Notes: generated by a model not told the origin, from the sequence alone. Shown: positions 49,210 through 62,955, counted from the whole stretch's first letter. The stretch is 62,955 nucleotides of DNA, filler included, from Atractiella rhizophila (GCA_021432655.1; 6 parts of 6 records of this genome joined end to end with filler, not necessarily neighbours in it), one strand, 5' to 3'. Program-made: numbers and translations.

Positions 49210-50556
49210 ATGTCTCAATTTTTCAGTCAAATCTCCCGCCTGGCCAATTCAGCGGTCTCCTACATGCTACCCAACTCTTCTCAGACCTATACACTTCTTG
49301 TAGGAACGCATAACTCCAAGGTCATTGCACTCAGATTCGCCCCACCATCCTCGCTGTCCATCCTGCACACAACAGACCTTTCCGTCGAGCCATGGACGGA
49401 CGCGAACCCATCGTGGATCGAGAAGTTACCTAAAAGCTCGAGCAAGCTCTTGGTCGCTGACGAGAGCGATAACGGAAAGGTTCTCATCGCTCATATCAAA
49501 GACGGAGGGAAGCTAGAGTTCGTGGACGCTCACAGCTCGGAAGGAGGTGCTCCCAGCTATATTGGGTCGACGAAGGATGGGAAATGGGCTTTTGGTGTAA
49601 ATGTACGTCTGCACATCTTCGACCGCGCGATATTGAGAACCGACCTTCTGCTTCAAAGTACTCTGGTGGTTCCGTCTTGCCAATTGCTCTCTCCGAGAAA
49701 GGATTTCAATCGACTTCTCAGAAGGTCATAAAATTCCCGGGTTCTTCTGTCAACAAGGACCGGCAGGAAATGAGCCATCCGCATCATCTGCAGGAGCATC
49801 CCACGACTGGCACTGTCTTCATTCCTGATCTTGGAAGTACGTTTTCCTTTTATTATTATCACTCTCACAAACTGACAACGATTGATTAGCCGACCAGATT
49901 CACGAGTTAGCGTTAAGCTCAGACGGAGTTTGGGAAGTGATTGGATCGACGAAAGTAGACGCTGGTGCTGGACCTCGCCATATGAGGTTTACGGCAGACG
50001 GTTTGTCTTTCGACTTTTCTCCTTCCTGGCAATGACGAGAGGAAACAGGCAAAACTGCATACCTCGTCACGGAAATGGGAAACGCTCTAGTTGTTTACGA
50101 TGTCGAGACGATCAACGGAGCCGCCACCAAACTCAATCAAAGGTCAACTCATTCTATCGTTCCTCCAGGTGCCGAGGGTGGAAAGATGGGAGGCGGAGAG
50201 ATTCTGCTCTCGAAGGACGAAAAGACCATTTTCGTCAGTAACAGGTGCGTGATCTTACGTCCCCTCTCCCATTGTGCTAAATTGTCGCGTCTGGTAGGAA
50301 TGAGGGTAACCCCAGTGGGGACGCCATTGCAGTATTCTCCCTGCCTCCCTCCGAGCCAACATTTTACCGCTCTGGCGGGCAGCATATTCGTGGTATGGAA
50401 CTCGACCCCACAGGCAAATATCTCGCTGTGGGTAACATGAACAGTGCAGAAGTCGCCATCTTCGAGTTCAGTAAAGGAGCGGCAGAAGAGCTCAAACCTA
50501 CAGCAAGGTTGCAATTTGAAGAAGGGATCAAGGCCACTGCTTTCGTATGGGTCTAA
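49210..50556 (+). CDS. Lactonase-family 7-bladed beta-propeller (6-phosphogluconolactonase Pgl/YbhE-like), multi-exon
   Basis: LLVGT, NPSWI, VNYSGGSV, RQEMSHPHH, FIPDLG, GAGPRHMRF, AYLVTEMGN, IFVSNR. Confidence 0.88.
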
Positions 50557-50694
50557 AGACAAAGAGATTGCTCCAGACGTTCGAGAAGGTGGAGATAGAA
50601 TGTCTGGGTTTGTAGATAGATAAAGAATCTAGACAATTGTATATATTCTTCCGTATACCTCTCGTACTTGTACATTTATTGTGAGCTTCAAAAC

Positions 50695-52071
50695 CTAGTA
50701 TCCTTTTTTTGGATCGTAAGCGTTCCAAACCGGTTCACCGCGCTTAGCTCTCTCCACTTGCTTTTCGAACAGATCAAAGTTCCTCGTCGCGTATTTTGTG
50801 CTTCCTCCAGCTGTGTGTGGAGTGAGGAAGACCCTCGGGTGGTTGAACAGAGGGTGGTTGTCAGGAAGCGGTTCAGGTTCAGTTACATCCAACCCGACAC
50901 CCAGTAACTTGCTATCGGGGCATCGAGGTGGGCTAGGAGATCGTCGGTATTAATCAGGGACCCACGGCCGATATTGACGAGGATGGACGAAGGCGGAAGT
51001 AGGGAAAGGGTGTGAGAGTTGATCATGTGTTTCGTCTGAGGAGTAGCGGGGAGGCAGATGACCAGGATTTGGGATCGGGACAGGAATGAGCTTCAGATTG
51101 CTCTCAGTGTCGATTTATCGGGGGAAATGGGAATGACGAACTGGAATGAATCTTTATCTTTCGTTGAGAACCAAGATGTTGGAATGGATCCTGTATAGAG
51201 GTGAGGTTCACATTCCTTTCCTGGACGGAAGACACACCATCGGCGTCTCCTGTGCCGGGTACAATAAAACCTTCCTGAGGGCTTTTCTTGCCGCTGCTAG
51301 TGCAGGCAAGAATCTCACATCCAAAGGCTTTTCCTAGTCGTCCAATCTCCCTACCGATCTACGACACTATTAGCCACTGCGATGTTTTAGTGACTTGGCG
51401 GCTCACACTTCCATAACCAAGTACCCCAATTGTTGATCCACGGAGTTCTCTGTGGGATGCGAAGTCTGCTTTGACCCATTTCTTGTCCGTTTTGGCAGCA
51501 ACAATGTATTCCTGAAATTTACGGTTGATCGCAATGATGTAGCCGAAGACTTGCTCAGGTATCTTCCAAGAAAAATCAGTCCTCGCTCGCTCACGCTTAA
51601 CGGAGAGAGGGTAATTTGACAGACCTGAACGACGTGAATCCCCGACGACGAGGTGATGATCACTGGATTCTCATCCTCTGGATTGTACAGGCTAGAGCGG
51701 ATACCAGCTTCGAATCCTGAAGAGAAGTGATTTGTCTTGTATAGTGAAGCTACACTCGAACGACGTACCAGCGCTTGCAAGCTTTCATTCATGATCCATC
51801 AGCACAATCGACTGGGAGTGAAAGAACGACTCGCCTGAATCCACTTTAATGAACTAAGTTTCTCCCTGTTCCAATCTTTGGGCAGAACGCCTGGCATTCC
51901 ACCACAATATATGATTTCGATTTGCGAGAGAACCTCTGCAGGGACATCCTCTGCTGATTTGTAGCGATAAACATTTGATAATCCAGCAACTTTGATGCGT
52001 TCCTCCTGCTCATCCGAAAACGTTGGAATGAGAGACAAAAGGGAGTTCACGTTCCGAAGATCCACAACCAT
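50695..52071 (-). CDS. D-isomer-specific 2-hydroxyacid dehydrogenase, multi-exon
   Basis: LKWIQ, TSSSGIH, RGSTIGVLGYGS, CLPATPQT, LVNIGRG, LDVTEPEPLPDNHPLFNHPRVFLTPH. Confidence 0.92.
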
Positions 52072-52848
52072 AGCTACAATTTTGTTTAGACGGCGAAATT
52101 TGAGGTTGCTAGATCAAGCTCAAGGGTATCTTGGTGAGTTCCTCGCCGTCAAAGAACACGGCAGCGCAGATCGATCACGCCATTTCAAATATCTTGTTGT
52201 ACCTGTGCTCGAGGGACTGGCTCGAGCAGTGTAGCAGAGTTGTGAAGTGAAGAAATCGACTCGGAAAGGTGAAGCCCTGACGTGCTGCTGCAAATGACAT
52301 TCGTGCACGTGGATGGCATTTGATCTTTGCGATCCAATAAACTAACTGTTCTTAATACACGATTGTGAAACTGTTGCGAAAAACGTTAGAATGAGCCATC
52401 AAACTTAATGAACAGTAGAAAGGGATGTTCGCAAATGATCAAGTGGAAGGCTATCTTCAACAAAACGAAAGAAACTAGTGTATGGAGCCTTCCATGATGA
52501 CCAGTAACTCGAAATCGCAGAAAGAATAAGGGCAATGCTAGAGAAAGATACGAACAAAGGCTTGATTAACAGAACTGAAGATACTTCTTTCGTCAATTGA
52601 TCATTGGTTGGAGTGGATGAGTCGTTTAAACGTAAACGAAGAGTTTGGACATTAAAGGGCAACAGAGAAAGAAGACGTAACAAATCTGCGATGCGGATTC
52701 GTCAAGCAGAAAGCAGCCAATCAACGTCCATCCGAGAGCCCTGCAAAACGTCCAAGAAAATAGAAGCAATAAACAAAATGAATGCAGTTGAACACACTTG
52801 GTTAGGAGATACTCGATAGCGATATCCAGAGTGAGAAGTCCTTTGAGT

Positions 52849-55800
52849 CTATGAGATAGTGCAGTCGCTTCCGTCTTCCGACCTTCTGCCAGGTTTCTTG
52901 TCTTTTTTCTTGCTACTTTTTCCAGGTGAAGCATCCAGGCTCAACCTTCCAGGTAAAAATGGTGTCAAAAGCGACCCCCTCTGCGGGTTGGTGGGCAATG
53001 GAGTGGGAGCGTCCAACCGTTCTTGTGCAGATTCACTCGTGAGATCTGTCATAGAGAGATCACCTGCCGGAAAGCTGAGAAGAGGAGCGGAAGCTCGTCT
53101 GCCTGCGCTACTGGACTCCGAAGTTGCATGACAATCGGACTCAGTGGTTTCACTTGGTCGCGCCGAGACGTCGTTGGAATTGCTGACTATGCTGGTTGAA
53201 GAGCCGATGTTATGAAAGGACACGGCACCACCTTGCTTTGAGTCCCTCTGTCTCCCCAGCAAATTAGGTAGGCGATATTTCGGAGGACTCGAGCTGAGGG
53301 GTAACGCATCCGCTGAACGGTTAGAGAACGACATCTTCGGCATACGTGGTCGGATTCCAAGATTAAACTTCGAAGGTACCAGAGTTGGAAGACTCGGTAG
53401 GAGTGACGGAGATGGTGAATGCATGGGAGGTATAGTTGTTGGTGAGTTTCTGGCATTAGTGTCGAAAGCAGCACGAATATTGCAGGGGAGAGGTGCGAAT
53501 TCTGAACAAGAGTGATGACAGATGAGACCGCAGGCCTCACAAATGTACGCATGCTTCTTGACTGGTTTCCGACAGAGACGGCAATCGATGGCTGAACCCA
53601 AATTTAGGGTCATTGGAAGGTGATTGATTGAGAGGACAACATACGTTTACTGAATGTGGTCTTAATGAACCCATGTTGGTGAATATAATCACTCGAATCC
53701 GTGACTGTCAAGCCATCTGAAGTTGAAGCTGGTGCAAGTGGGACCCGTGAAGGAAATGGCTATATTGTCATGATCACTACAAGCCCGCCTAAAGAATACA
53801 GAAATCTCACCACTCCAAACTGAGGCGCAGACTGTGAAAGCAAGTCGGTAGGCGGTCCAGACACTGCTCGCATGGCAGCTAAATGCTTTGAGAATGGAAA
53901 GTCCAAAGGGGGACTAGGAGCCGTCGCTTCCAAGCGAGGAATGGGTATCGAAGGAATTGGTTCCAGCGTGGTGTCTGTGTCAACAGAGGCAAGTAGACCA
54001 GTGGGATGTGGGGATGATCCAACGAGATTATCCGTCGATGCTGCGAATTCCTGGAGGTCAATCAGCTGGAAGTTCTTCACCTCGCTGCTGATCCTTCGTG
54101 AAAACGGTATGCTATCTTGAGGATTGAGAGTCATCTGGTGATACAATTAGCATACAAATGGGGTGGATACAAGCGTACCCTAGAGCTTCCATCCCAATTC
54201 CTTGCAACCCAAGGGTGATGACAAAGCTGCTCCGCACTTGGGCGATCATCGGGATCTTTGGCAAAGCAGCTAATGAGAAAGTCGCGCAATTCGATGGAGC
54301 ATTCCGGCAGCGGGGGATAAGGATCTTCAACAATGCGAAACATGGCTGACAAAGGTTGCATCTCTCCATATGGCGGTCTGCCAGATATCAGTTCGATAAT
54401 AGTGCAGGCAAGCGACCATATGTCTGATTTCGGCGAGGAACCGCAAAGCTGAATTATTTCAGGGGCCACTAATGTTTTGCGTTAGCTTTATATTTGCAGC
54501 AAATATTTTGCTCACTCCAATTAGGGGTCCCAGCGGCATCAGCTTGATTTGAAGTTTTCTGGACAGCGTTCATGTTTAGAGATACTCCAAAATCCGACAA
54601 TTTGATGTTTCCATTCTTTGTCGTCAGAATGTTCGCAGCCTTTAAATCGCAGTGCACAACCTGTTCGGAAGTTCAGTTAGATACAGAGAAGGAACTGAAA
54701 ACACACTTTCTTGCTGTGAAGGTAATGCAAACCTTCTAGGATTTTGAAGGTGTAGTTCGCAGCGAGTCCTTCTGGTAGATTACCGAATGCTCTGATGGTA
54801 TGAAGAAGGGATCCATTTTCGACATACCTACAATTGCATGAGTTAGTTGTTAAATGGGAGAGCAGACTGGACATACTCCATTACGATGTTGAAATAATGA
54901 TCCGTGCGAAGAAATCCCTCATATTTGACTACGCTAGGATGGGACAAACTCCGAAGAACATCAACTTCATGCGTCAGTTGCCTGATTTCTGATTCGGATC
55001 TATCCTCCAGTTTGATTCTCTTGACAGCTACAACTCGTCCACTATTGAGATTCAGGGCTCGATACACAGATCCAAATTGTCCGCGTCCGATGTTTTCGCC
55101 AAGTTGCTAATAATCATTTCAGCCAATGAAGAAGAGACAAGGTTGGAGCATGACTCACATAGGTCACATGCTTTTGTCCCGGTTCTCTGATCACCAACTT
55201 TTGCCGAGTTGCAGCATTTGACACTCTCCTTGATTGATGAATAGATCTACCTCGTTCCTCCCCAATACCCCCGCGACTTTCCCGTCTTCGTGCCTCGCCA
55301 AGATCCGGCTGAGGGGTATGGCGACCGGTGTACATCTCCTCAGGTTGAATGCTATCATGTCGCGATCTTAGGGGCATTATGGGCTCCTTGTCTCTACCAC
55401 TGGCCAAAGGAAGGTCCATATAGAGCTCAGAATTCCAGCGTTTATGCTGTTGTCGAGGTCGAACGTGGTGGACGCGAGATTCGAGACGTTCTCGTCCGCT
55501 TGAATGCCCATTAGCCGACGGGTTTGGGGATTCTGAGGCTGCTCTCGGGAATGGTACACGATTGCTTGATGCCTTCTTCCTCACAGCTGGAGCTGGCGAA
55601 TGAGAGCGAGATGCACTGGGAGATCCATTGCTTAGGGACTGGACTCTGCCTCTGTCCAGAGAAGAGGAACTTCTGTTGTGCCCAAGCACACTCATGGGTG
55701 ACGGTGTTGTTGGTCGACTACCTCCCAAATCACTCGAATGACGAAGGCGCGTCTTGATTCCAGAGCGTAGAGGACGCTCAACCTGGAGTGTGTCTGTGAC

Positions 55801-58800
55801 AGTGGACATGTCCACAATGTCCTCGTTGAATTCTTGGCTTGGGATGGAAGGGAATTTGAAGTTTGACAGTGGAGACGGTGGCAAACGGTGGGAATTGATG
55901 ACAGGAGGTGACATTGACATAGCTCTTTTGGGCACAGCAACCCGGGCGTTCGTTGGTTTTGGCTCCGAGGGGTTTCGCTTTGGACTACTGTTCGCAGACG
56001 TTCCTTCGTCTGACTCGTCCACCCTTGTCAATATATCAATGGCAGACTCCGACATCCTTCGATCGCCATAAATGCGTGTGGACATGTTTTTTCGGGATGG
56101 TGGCGAGTCAACTTCTGGGGCGAAGGTGACAGAAGGCCCTGTTGTAGATTCGGGAGTGCGCAGCGGAGAGGGTCGATTTGGACTGTGGGCTGAAGGCAGG
56201 GTTGGGGACGTAGGGGGAGAATAGGGAGACGATCTCGAAGCGTGATGGGACGCATTTCGTGCGATAGACACTCGTAAGCGTCGGGGAGAAGTGGCAAGGA
56301 ATTCTCTGTCTTCCGGTACCCCTGTGAAGTAGTCCGTCGGCAATCTTGGAGATTCAGCTGCGGACAGAGTCTTTTTCCTTACACCTCCATTCAAACTCGG
56401 GGCAGAAGTCGTGGCTGTAACTTGGGATATCCGCGAGTCTGGTCTGCTGTCAGTGGATGACCGCTCCCAACTCAACCGTGAAGATGCACCACTCGACGAA
56501 CTGGGTTCTTGGTTCGAGTTCCTCGCCCTGACCATTTTGGTCGAACTTGTTAATAAGGAGTGACGGGAGGCTAGTGATGAAGGAGTATGAGGAGGAGGAG
56601 GGGTATGTCGAGGGGAAATAGGGAAAGTTGGTTCATCGTCGCTCCTAGGAAACTCGACGGATGATCGTCCGCTATCGCGATTTATCTCTGGAGGCGGTTC
56701 CAGCGATGCCTTGAATGGCACATCAGTTCTTTGTTCGTAACACCATTTCTCTAAAGCGAGAAGGCATCGAAGAACGGTGTCCCAACCATCAGCACCACGT
56801 CGGCCCTCCAGATCCTCTAGTTGGAAACGATCTTGAGGTCGTATTCCTAGGGTTTGCACACCTTGAACAAAAGAGATGATATTTTGCCTTCGAGCCATCG
56901 GCAGATCGCGACGGTCTGGATCTGAACAGTCCCAGATACGGAGCTATGTGGATGAGGAGTCTGTGGTTCCGGAGTGAGCAAAGAGAAACGTGGTGAAGAC
57001 TAACTTACCGTACGAGGACGACACCATCAGCAATAGCACTCCACAGCTCCTTTTCATCGCTCTCCAGTCGACGCATCTGCTTCCCCTGCAAATTCCCGGT
57101 ACTTATGGCTACTCCGCTCATTCTGCTCAAGCAGCCGCGTCCTAATTCTTTCTTGATGAAATCGCTGACCCTAGCCCAATCGGGAACTTCTATAACTCCG
57201 GCCAGTTCTCGTCCTTTACCTTTCCCATTTGAGCCCCTGTTCGAAGAGCTCCTCCGCCGTACTCGAGGTGCTATTGGCAGTCCGCTCTCACTATGCAGGC
57301 TGGGGAGCCTCGACCAGGGCTGGGGTAGCAGCGGGAAGGACGGGTCGAGGGAAATCGAGAGGATCGGAGAAGTCCATGTCAAGCTCGTCATCGTCCACGG
57401 CAACGTCATTATCATCCGAGTCCGAGTCTCCCAAAGTACCTCGAATGCTGGAGCCAGTTTCGGAACCTCCTTCTAAAATCGACAACGCCTGAGCCCTATT
57501 ATGCGTTATCTTATCCGCCTCAATTTCTGCAGCTGACTTGGATCCATTAGAATCTTTCGATGAAGAGGGTTTCATTTGAGCTGAAGCTTTGAGAGCTCCA
57601 TCATTGAGGATACGAGAGTTGGCGGCTGAGCTGGGCAGTCCCAACCCGAGGCGTATCATGCTGTTCACCTGTTTAGAAGGACTATCCGGTATCTTTGGCT
57701 TTTTAACTAGCTTTGCTGGAGTTGGAAGTGGGGTCGAACTTCTCCGTGATCGTTCCGAGATGTTGGACTCTATCGACATTGCTCGACTGCTTCTGCGAAT
57801 TGGCTGACGGCGGGGCTTCTCCGGGGAAGATGAGGGAGTAACTGGGCTGGACGGCTGACTCGTTCCATCATCAAATGCGGATGGCGTGTTCGTGCTCGAT
57901 TCTTCAAGTGAAAGGCTGGTGACAATCGGAGGCGGCGTGGGAGAAACGTTGCCACACAAAGTGCGAGTCCTGCTGGAAGGTCTCCTCGTGCGCACAGCAC
58001 CAATGACTGAATGCAGCGCTTCTGAGGGGGAAAATCTGGAGCTGGTTCTCTTGCGAGACCCGGACATGTTGCTTCCATCTTCTGTAACAGGGGTTGAGAC
58101 CTGCGGAGGCGTTGGAACTGAGTTCAATGTTGTAGGTGACGGTAGTCCGCCAAAAGGGAAATCCGGCGAATAGGATGAAGTCGAGGAAGCAAGCGCTGGT
58201 TGTTGGTACATTTCGCTATCCTTCCTGTCGTCGACAACATCATGCTCGGACTCGGCAGGATTGAGGATCTGTACGGATACTACAGACTCTTGCTTCTGGT
58301 GCACCCTAAACCTTCCGCCTTCACGGTTCTCCACTAGCTTGTCCAAAGCTCTCTCGCTCATGCTACCTCGTCGTCCAGCATAGAGAGACGCTTTCCTTTT
58401 CGGTATGACTTGTGGTGAACCAGGCTCTTGTTTCAACATTCCAAAATCGTTAGTAGGTAGTGATTCTTCTGCTGAAGGCTGCTGAATGCGATTCCGCTTA
58501 TTAAGTTTGTTCGCCGACTTCTTCTTCTCGGCGCTAGGGTTGCTTCTGAAGAGCTTTAAGTTGAGCTTTGTAGGATGGGAGTTCGACGACGGGATTGGTG
58601 TCCCGGCGCGTTTCGTGGTGAAAACGGAGATGATGTCAGATGCTCGGGAATCAGAACGCTGAGGCGATTGAGGCTGCAGCTGCGCGAGCGCTCCAGCGTT
58701 GGGGGAGGGAGGAGCGGATCTGTCACTCCCTGTCGAGGAGTCCTTCGTTCCGCGTCGGAGGAGAGGCATGACCGCTGCAGCTGCAGAAGTAGCTACGGCG

Positions 58801-58934
58801 ACCAACGCTGGATCAACGATGGGAGGATCGGAGAGGACAGTGTTAGGTACGGCTGTATTGGTGGATGTCGTTGACGTCGTCGCGAGATTCGAGAGAAGAT
58901 TAGGAGGTGACGATGGTGAAACCAGTAGTGACAT
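52849..58934 (-). CDS. Cdc15/Cdc7/SepH-like STE kinase with long disordered N-terminus, CH-like domain and C-terminal C1 domain
   Basis: IGRGQFGSVYRALNLNSGRVVAVKRI, HCDLKAANILTTKNGNIKLSDFGVS, MAPE, DIWSL. CH-like LWSAIADGVVL...NIISF...RFQLEDL. C1-like HGF...CRLC...CEACGLICHHSC...C. Apparent one-base frameshifts near 57350 and 56932. Confidence 0.88.
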
Positions 58935-59824
58935 TTGGAGCGTCGAAATACTGAATCCCTTTGGATTGACCCGTACACGCTAGCAGACAATCAGCTCAGG
59001 AGCAGGAACTGCGTGAACCAGGCGGCGCTTACTGTTCGGGATCAGAAAGGGAAAGAAATGAACAAAAAGGGAGTAAAGAATTAAACGATACTTCGTCACA
59101 AGTGCTTCTAGACCCAAGCTCCACCTCTTAACTGGGATAAAGAAAAGTCTTAACAATAAATGACAATAACTACTATGATATGCGCTCCAAATCTTGTGTT
59201 CACTATCTCGGTTTTGAGGTGAGTGGTAGGTATTGAAAGAAAGTGATGACTTGTCGTATGTCTCGTTTTCGGGTTTTAAGGTATCGTAAGCCCAACCTGA
59301 TAGCGAGGTCACCAATAGGCGGGAGCGAGGGCTGGCGGATTGCGACGAGGATAGGATTTGACGCAACAGGGAACGAGGGCAAGCGACTTCGACGCAAATC
59401 GCGATCCTCTGTTCAACACAAGTCGTTTGAGGTAACGACAACGCTTTGTGAGCACCCCAAGTGAGCACGACCCCCTTTTACCGACGATGAAGCGTAGAAT
59501 GAAAAGGCTCACCCTTGCAAGAATGCTCCAGGTACTCCCGCAAAATGATGTTCTCAATGGGAACGAACCCCTTTGAGTGTGCCCACAAGACCGTAGACCG
59601 CTCTCAGTCGATTCTCGCGGCTGAATCGAAGGGAGAATGAGGTCAAACAGATAGAGGGTATATCTGCTCAGCTCAGGAGCTTCGATGCTAGCGGATGCTA
59701 GGGGACGTCAGGCCTCGCGTCAGGNNNNNNNNNNNNNNNNNNNNNNNNNNNNNNNNNNNNNNNNNNNNTTAATTAATTAANNNNNNNNNNNNNNNNNNNN
59801 NNNNNNNNNNNNNNNNNNNNNNNN

Positions 59825-60509
59825 ATGGCCACCTCTTCAGAATTCGTGAACCCTGTCAACTTCTTTCCAGCAACGAGAGCCTGGCCGTTTGAGAGGGTGA
59901 CATTCGTGAAGACGCCGGGGCCATGGCAGACTGCCGATACGACCTAGAAGGGAAGGAGAGGTAAGCAGAGAGCACGGGGCTAAGGAAGTCGATGAAGACG
60001 AACTTTATCAGCTTCCCAAAATTCTGTAATAATTTTTTGCGAGGTTGCATCAATGGCCAAATCGAATATTGGCCCTGAACCACCCGCATAGAACACGGCG
60101 TCGTACTCCTGCGCTCTTCCCAGGAATTCTTTCAGCTGAACAGTATTTTTCCAGACAGACTCCTTTATCGATTGATTAGATGAATTCAACGGGAGAAAGG
60201 AAAGTGGTTTACCGTTTTAAGGAATTCCAAAGATTCGGTATCCTTCTGATCTGTCGACACCTCGATGGACCACGGGTCCAAAGGTGCCTCTCCTCCCTTG
60301 ATAGAGGCGAAGCTCATTTGGTATCTTGCTTGCTTGAACACGTTATAAGGGTGGGCCAGCTCGGGCTGTTTATACCACCAATTAGAACTCATTTGAGAGG
60401 AAGTGATGGAAGAGGATAGGAAGGCACGAACGAGAAACCATCCTCCGAGTGAGGTATCAGAGCGAGGATGTGAGGTCAGGACGATGAGGATATTCTTGCT
60501 GGAGCTCAT
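59825..60509 (-). CDS. DJ-1/PfpI (Hsp31-like) protein, 3' end lost at spacer
   Basis: ILIVLTSH...GWFL/PELAHPY...GGEAPLDPWS...YDAVFYAGGSGPIFDL...SAVCHGP...LTGFTNSEE. Confidence 0.93.
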
Positions 60510-61318
60510 TTCTTCTTATCCTCCTTTGATCGCTGGATCTTGTTGTGCTTGGTGGTTGGTTGCTGGCTGCTTGATGGATGGATGAGAGACATAATGCTCG
60601 CTTTTATAGAATCAGAGACCGATGTCTGCTCCACTTCAAGGTTCAGAATGGAGGTAATGGAGCTACGCTTGAATTCTGCGGTGAAAACGATGGAGCAGAT
60701 GGTACAACCGCGAAGTTGGAGAGGAGAGGTGGAGTGGTGGTGGAAATTTGTGGTCGCGGTGGTACTTCGAGTCCTGGTGAGTGCCGTGCTGCGTCCTTTT
60801 CTGTTGCTATTGGCCATATCTCCATGAATCTTTCTGTAACATTCAAGGTGTTCTCCATGGGTCGTCTTCGAGTTTCTCCATGCCGCATGCCGATCAACTG
60901 GTTTTTCTGAACATTACGAAGTAAACCATTTCCTTCTAGCCCAAACAGTGCAATTCAAAGATACCCTTTCACTTATATTCGCTAACACTTTCGATACACA
61001 TTTGGCTACAAAGGAAGAGATCAAAGACAGAGGGAAAGACTAGCTAGAAAGAGATAACTTTAAGAGAGGGAGAGACTTCTTCTAAGCATGAGACACTTTG
61101 GAGTCGACAAATCCGTGGACACTAAAACATGAAAGCATAGCACCTGACAATCCAAAATTTGTTGATGAAAGAGAGGGTCCGTACTCATTGTAGACAAAGA
61201 GAGGAAACAGAGAAGACCCAAAATCCGCACACGAAGGATTAGCTAATTACTTTTATCACTGAACACTGACTATTGATCACCTTGTCACCCATTGAAGAGG
61301 CCTTTAAGATTTAATTGT

Positions 61319-62871
61319 CTACCTTGATTTCTGTGCAGACGCCGCGTTTTGAGCTTCGATGGCGCTGGCGAGTCGTGACACTGATTCTTCCAATTTCATG
61401 ACCCTCGTATCAAGATGTTGGACGTCCTATCCATCAACAATACCGTTTAGCATCTGAACAAATAGACGGACAAGGGGGATGAGGAGGGACAAACCTTCGT
61501 AAATCCCGACTGCAACTCCTCCACCCTCTTCTCCACGCCTTCCATCCATTCCTTCTTCTCCGCCTCAAACACCTCCCAAACCGTGCTCATCACATTCATC
61601 CACCTCTGTTTCGACGGCGAAGCCGCCAAATGAGGTTGAGATTGAGGGTTCATCTGCATGCCAGCCATGCCCGCCGCACCTGGCATCTGGATACCAGACA
61701 TCGCAGTGGGATAGGTGACGGGAAACTGGAGCGGTTGTGGAGCCGCCGCATGTGGGTGGGGTACGAGTACGCCAGGGACTTTTGGAGGCGTGAGCTGGAC
61801 GGAGGGGACGACCATGCGTCCCGCGCTCCCCGTCCTGTTTGTCGCACTCGCACCGGTTGCATTGACATTGGAATTCGCGTTGGTGGATGAAGAAGGATTC
61901 GGCGCGCCGAGCACGGTTTTAGAGATTGCTCCTCCGTGTAGCATGAGGCTGGGGGTGTTTGGTGGATAGGGGTTGAATACGCCGGTTTGAAGAGGTTGGG
62001 CTGGGTTGTTGGTCATGGGTCCGGCGAGTGGAGGACGAGGAATGGAAGAGATGTCGTGCGTCAATCTAGTCGGCGGTGCGGATTGAGGATAGTTCGACAT
62101 AGAAGGATGGGCGGCGTGTGAGCCTTGGATTGTGAGGTGCTGAGGACGATGTTTGCGCTTTCCTCCTCCTGCAGATGCTCCGCCAGGAGGTTTGGAAACC
62201 GTCGGTACGTCCTCCCTCGACTTCTGCATCCTCGTCTCGATCAACGCCTGCTGCTGGGCCTTCAAGTCTAGGCTCTTTTGGTACTGAGAGGAGTACTGTT
62301 CGTTTTGGAGCAGGGAGTGGTCGAATCCCATCATGATGGGAGAGATGGGTGGAGGGCCAGCACTGGGGATAGGACGGGGTGCGAATGCTGCCGTAGGGAG
62401 GGACGGTGCTGCGATGGGAGCGGAAGGGTCAGATGTGCGACTGTTGATACGACGCTTCTTTCTCGCTCCCCCTTCTTCTTCCTGGTCTGATAGGCGCTTG
62501 TGAGGACTTGTGGATGGACCTGATGTTGGTGGTTCCTGCGGAGGGAGAGAAGCTCGAGGTTCGTCTTTGACCGCTGAAACATGCGAAAGGCTATTTCAAA
62601 CCACATCAGCTATTCTTCCACTTCCTCGAGAAGAAAGAATGAACCTGGAAGGGGACACGGTCTTCCTTCCACCTGAAACTCGAGCTGGAGACGCCGCGAC
62701 CGTTTCAGAAATTGGAATTGGAGCTGGAATGTGCGGCAGCTGGGGATGGGCAGGGTTGTTGAGCGTCATGAGTATTCTCGCTGGTGCGACGGTGGAGGAG
62801 TCCCTGAGCCTGTGGTTCTGAGCATCCTGCGTCTCCAAGACTTGGTTGGCAGTTTCCACTTGAGTCGTCAT
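61319..62871 (-). CDS. Hypothetical Pro-rich, probably nuclear protein with C-terminal coiled coil (3 exons)
   Basis: Spliced frame with RKKRR, PPISPIMMGF, KAQQQALIETR and a heptad-like end (VEKRVEELQ...VMKLEESV). Confidence 0.65.
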
Positions 62872-62955
62872 GATCTTTCGATCAGAGTTGTTGATTTGGG
62901 ATATCAGCTGATATCAAGAACGGCAACACAAAGGGAATAAAAAGGGAGAAAAAAA

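Noticed and set aside
49210..52071. Lactonase plus hydroxyacid dehydrogenase as a sugar-acid cluster
   Set aside because: Only a convergent pair of common enzymes, with no transporter or regulator and no substrate evidence.

Overview
Gene-dense, intron-rich eukaryotic DNA from a basidiomycete fungus (typical introns about 50-60 nt, GT-AG; subphylum not determinable). It is a draft assembly with three sized N-gaps, five 100-bp N/TTAATTAATTAA/N contig spacers and several single-base homopolymer frameshifts. Recognisable genes: a multi-PAM2 (Upa2-like) protein, a cullin-4-like protein, two F-box proteins, a cytochrome b561 protein, GDI1, mitochondrial uL1, SNU13, ARP10, an RNase III + 2x dsRBD protein, an acidic A/E/K-rich protein, an ornithine cyclodeaminase/mu-crystallin, ATG13, a DUF3433-like membrane protein with an inverted middle, a lactonase, a D-2-hydroxyacid dehydrogenase, a CH-kinase-C1 Cdc15-like kinase and a DJ-1/Hsp31 protein. 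The 10-20.5 kb region holds a Helitron helicase remnant and two unclassified, mutually nested non-autonomous TIR/foldback families. Both families end in CTACTA...TAGTAG and carry arrays of short, often palindromic repeats. The best leads are (i) these CTACTA elements, (ii) two unusually long, highly structured introns in the head-to-head GDI1/uL1m pair (candidate ncRNAs), (iii) a catalytically intact RNase III with two dsRBDs and a mitochondrial-type leader, and (iv) the interrupted multi-PAM2 gene. All family calls come from motif recognition by eye; no searches were run.
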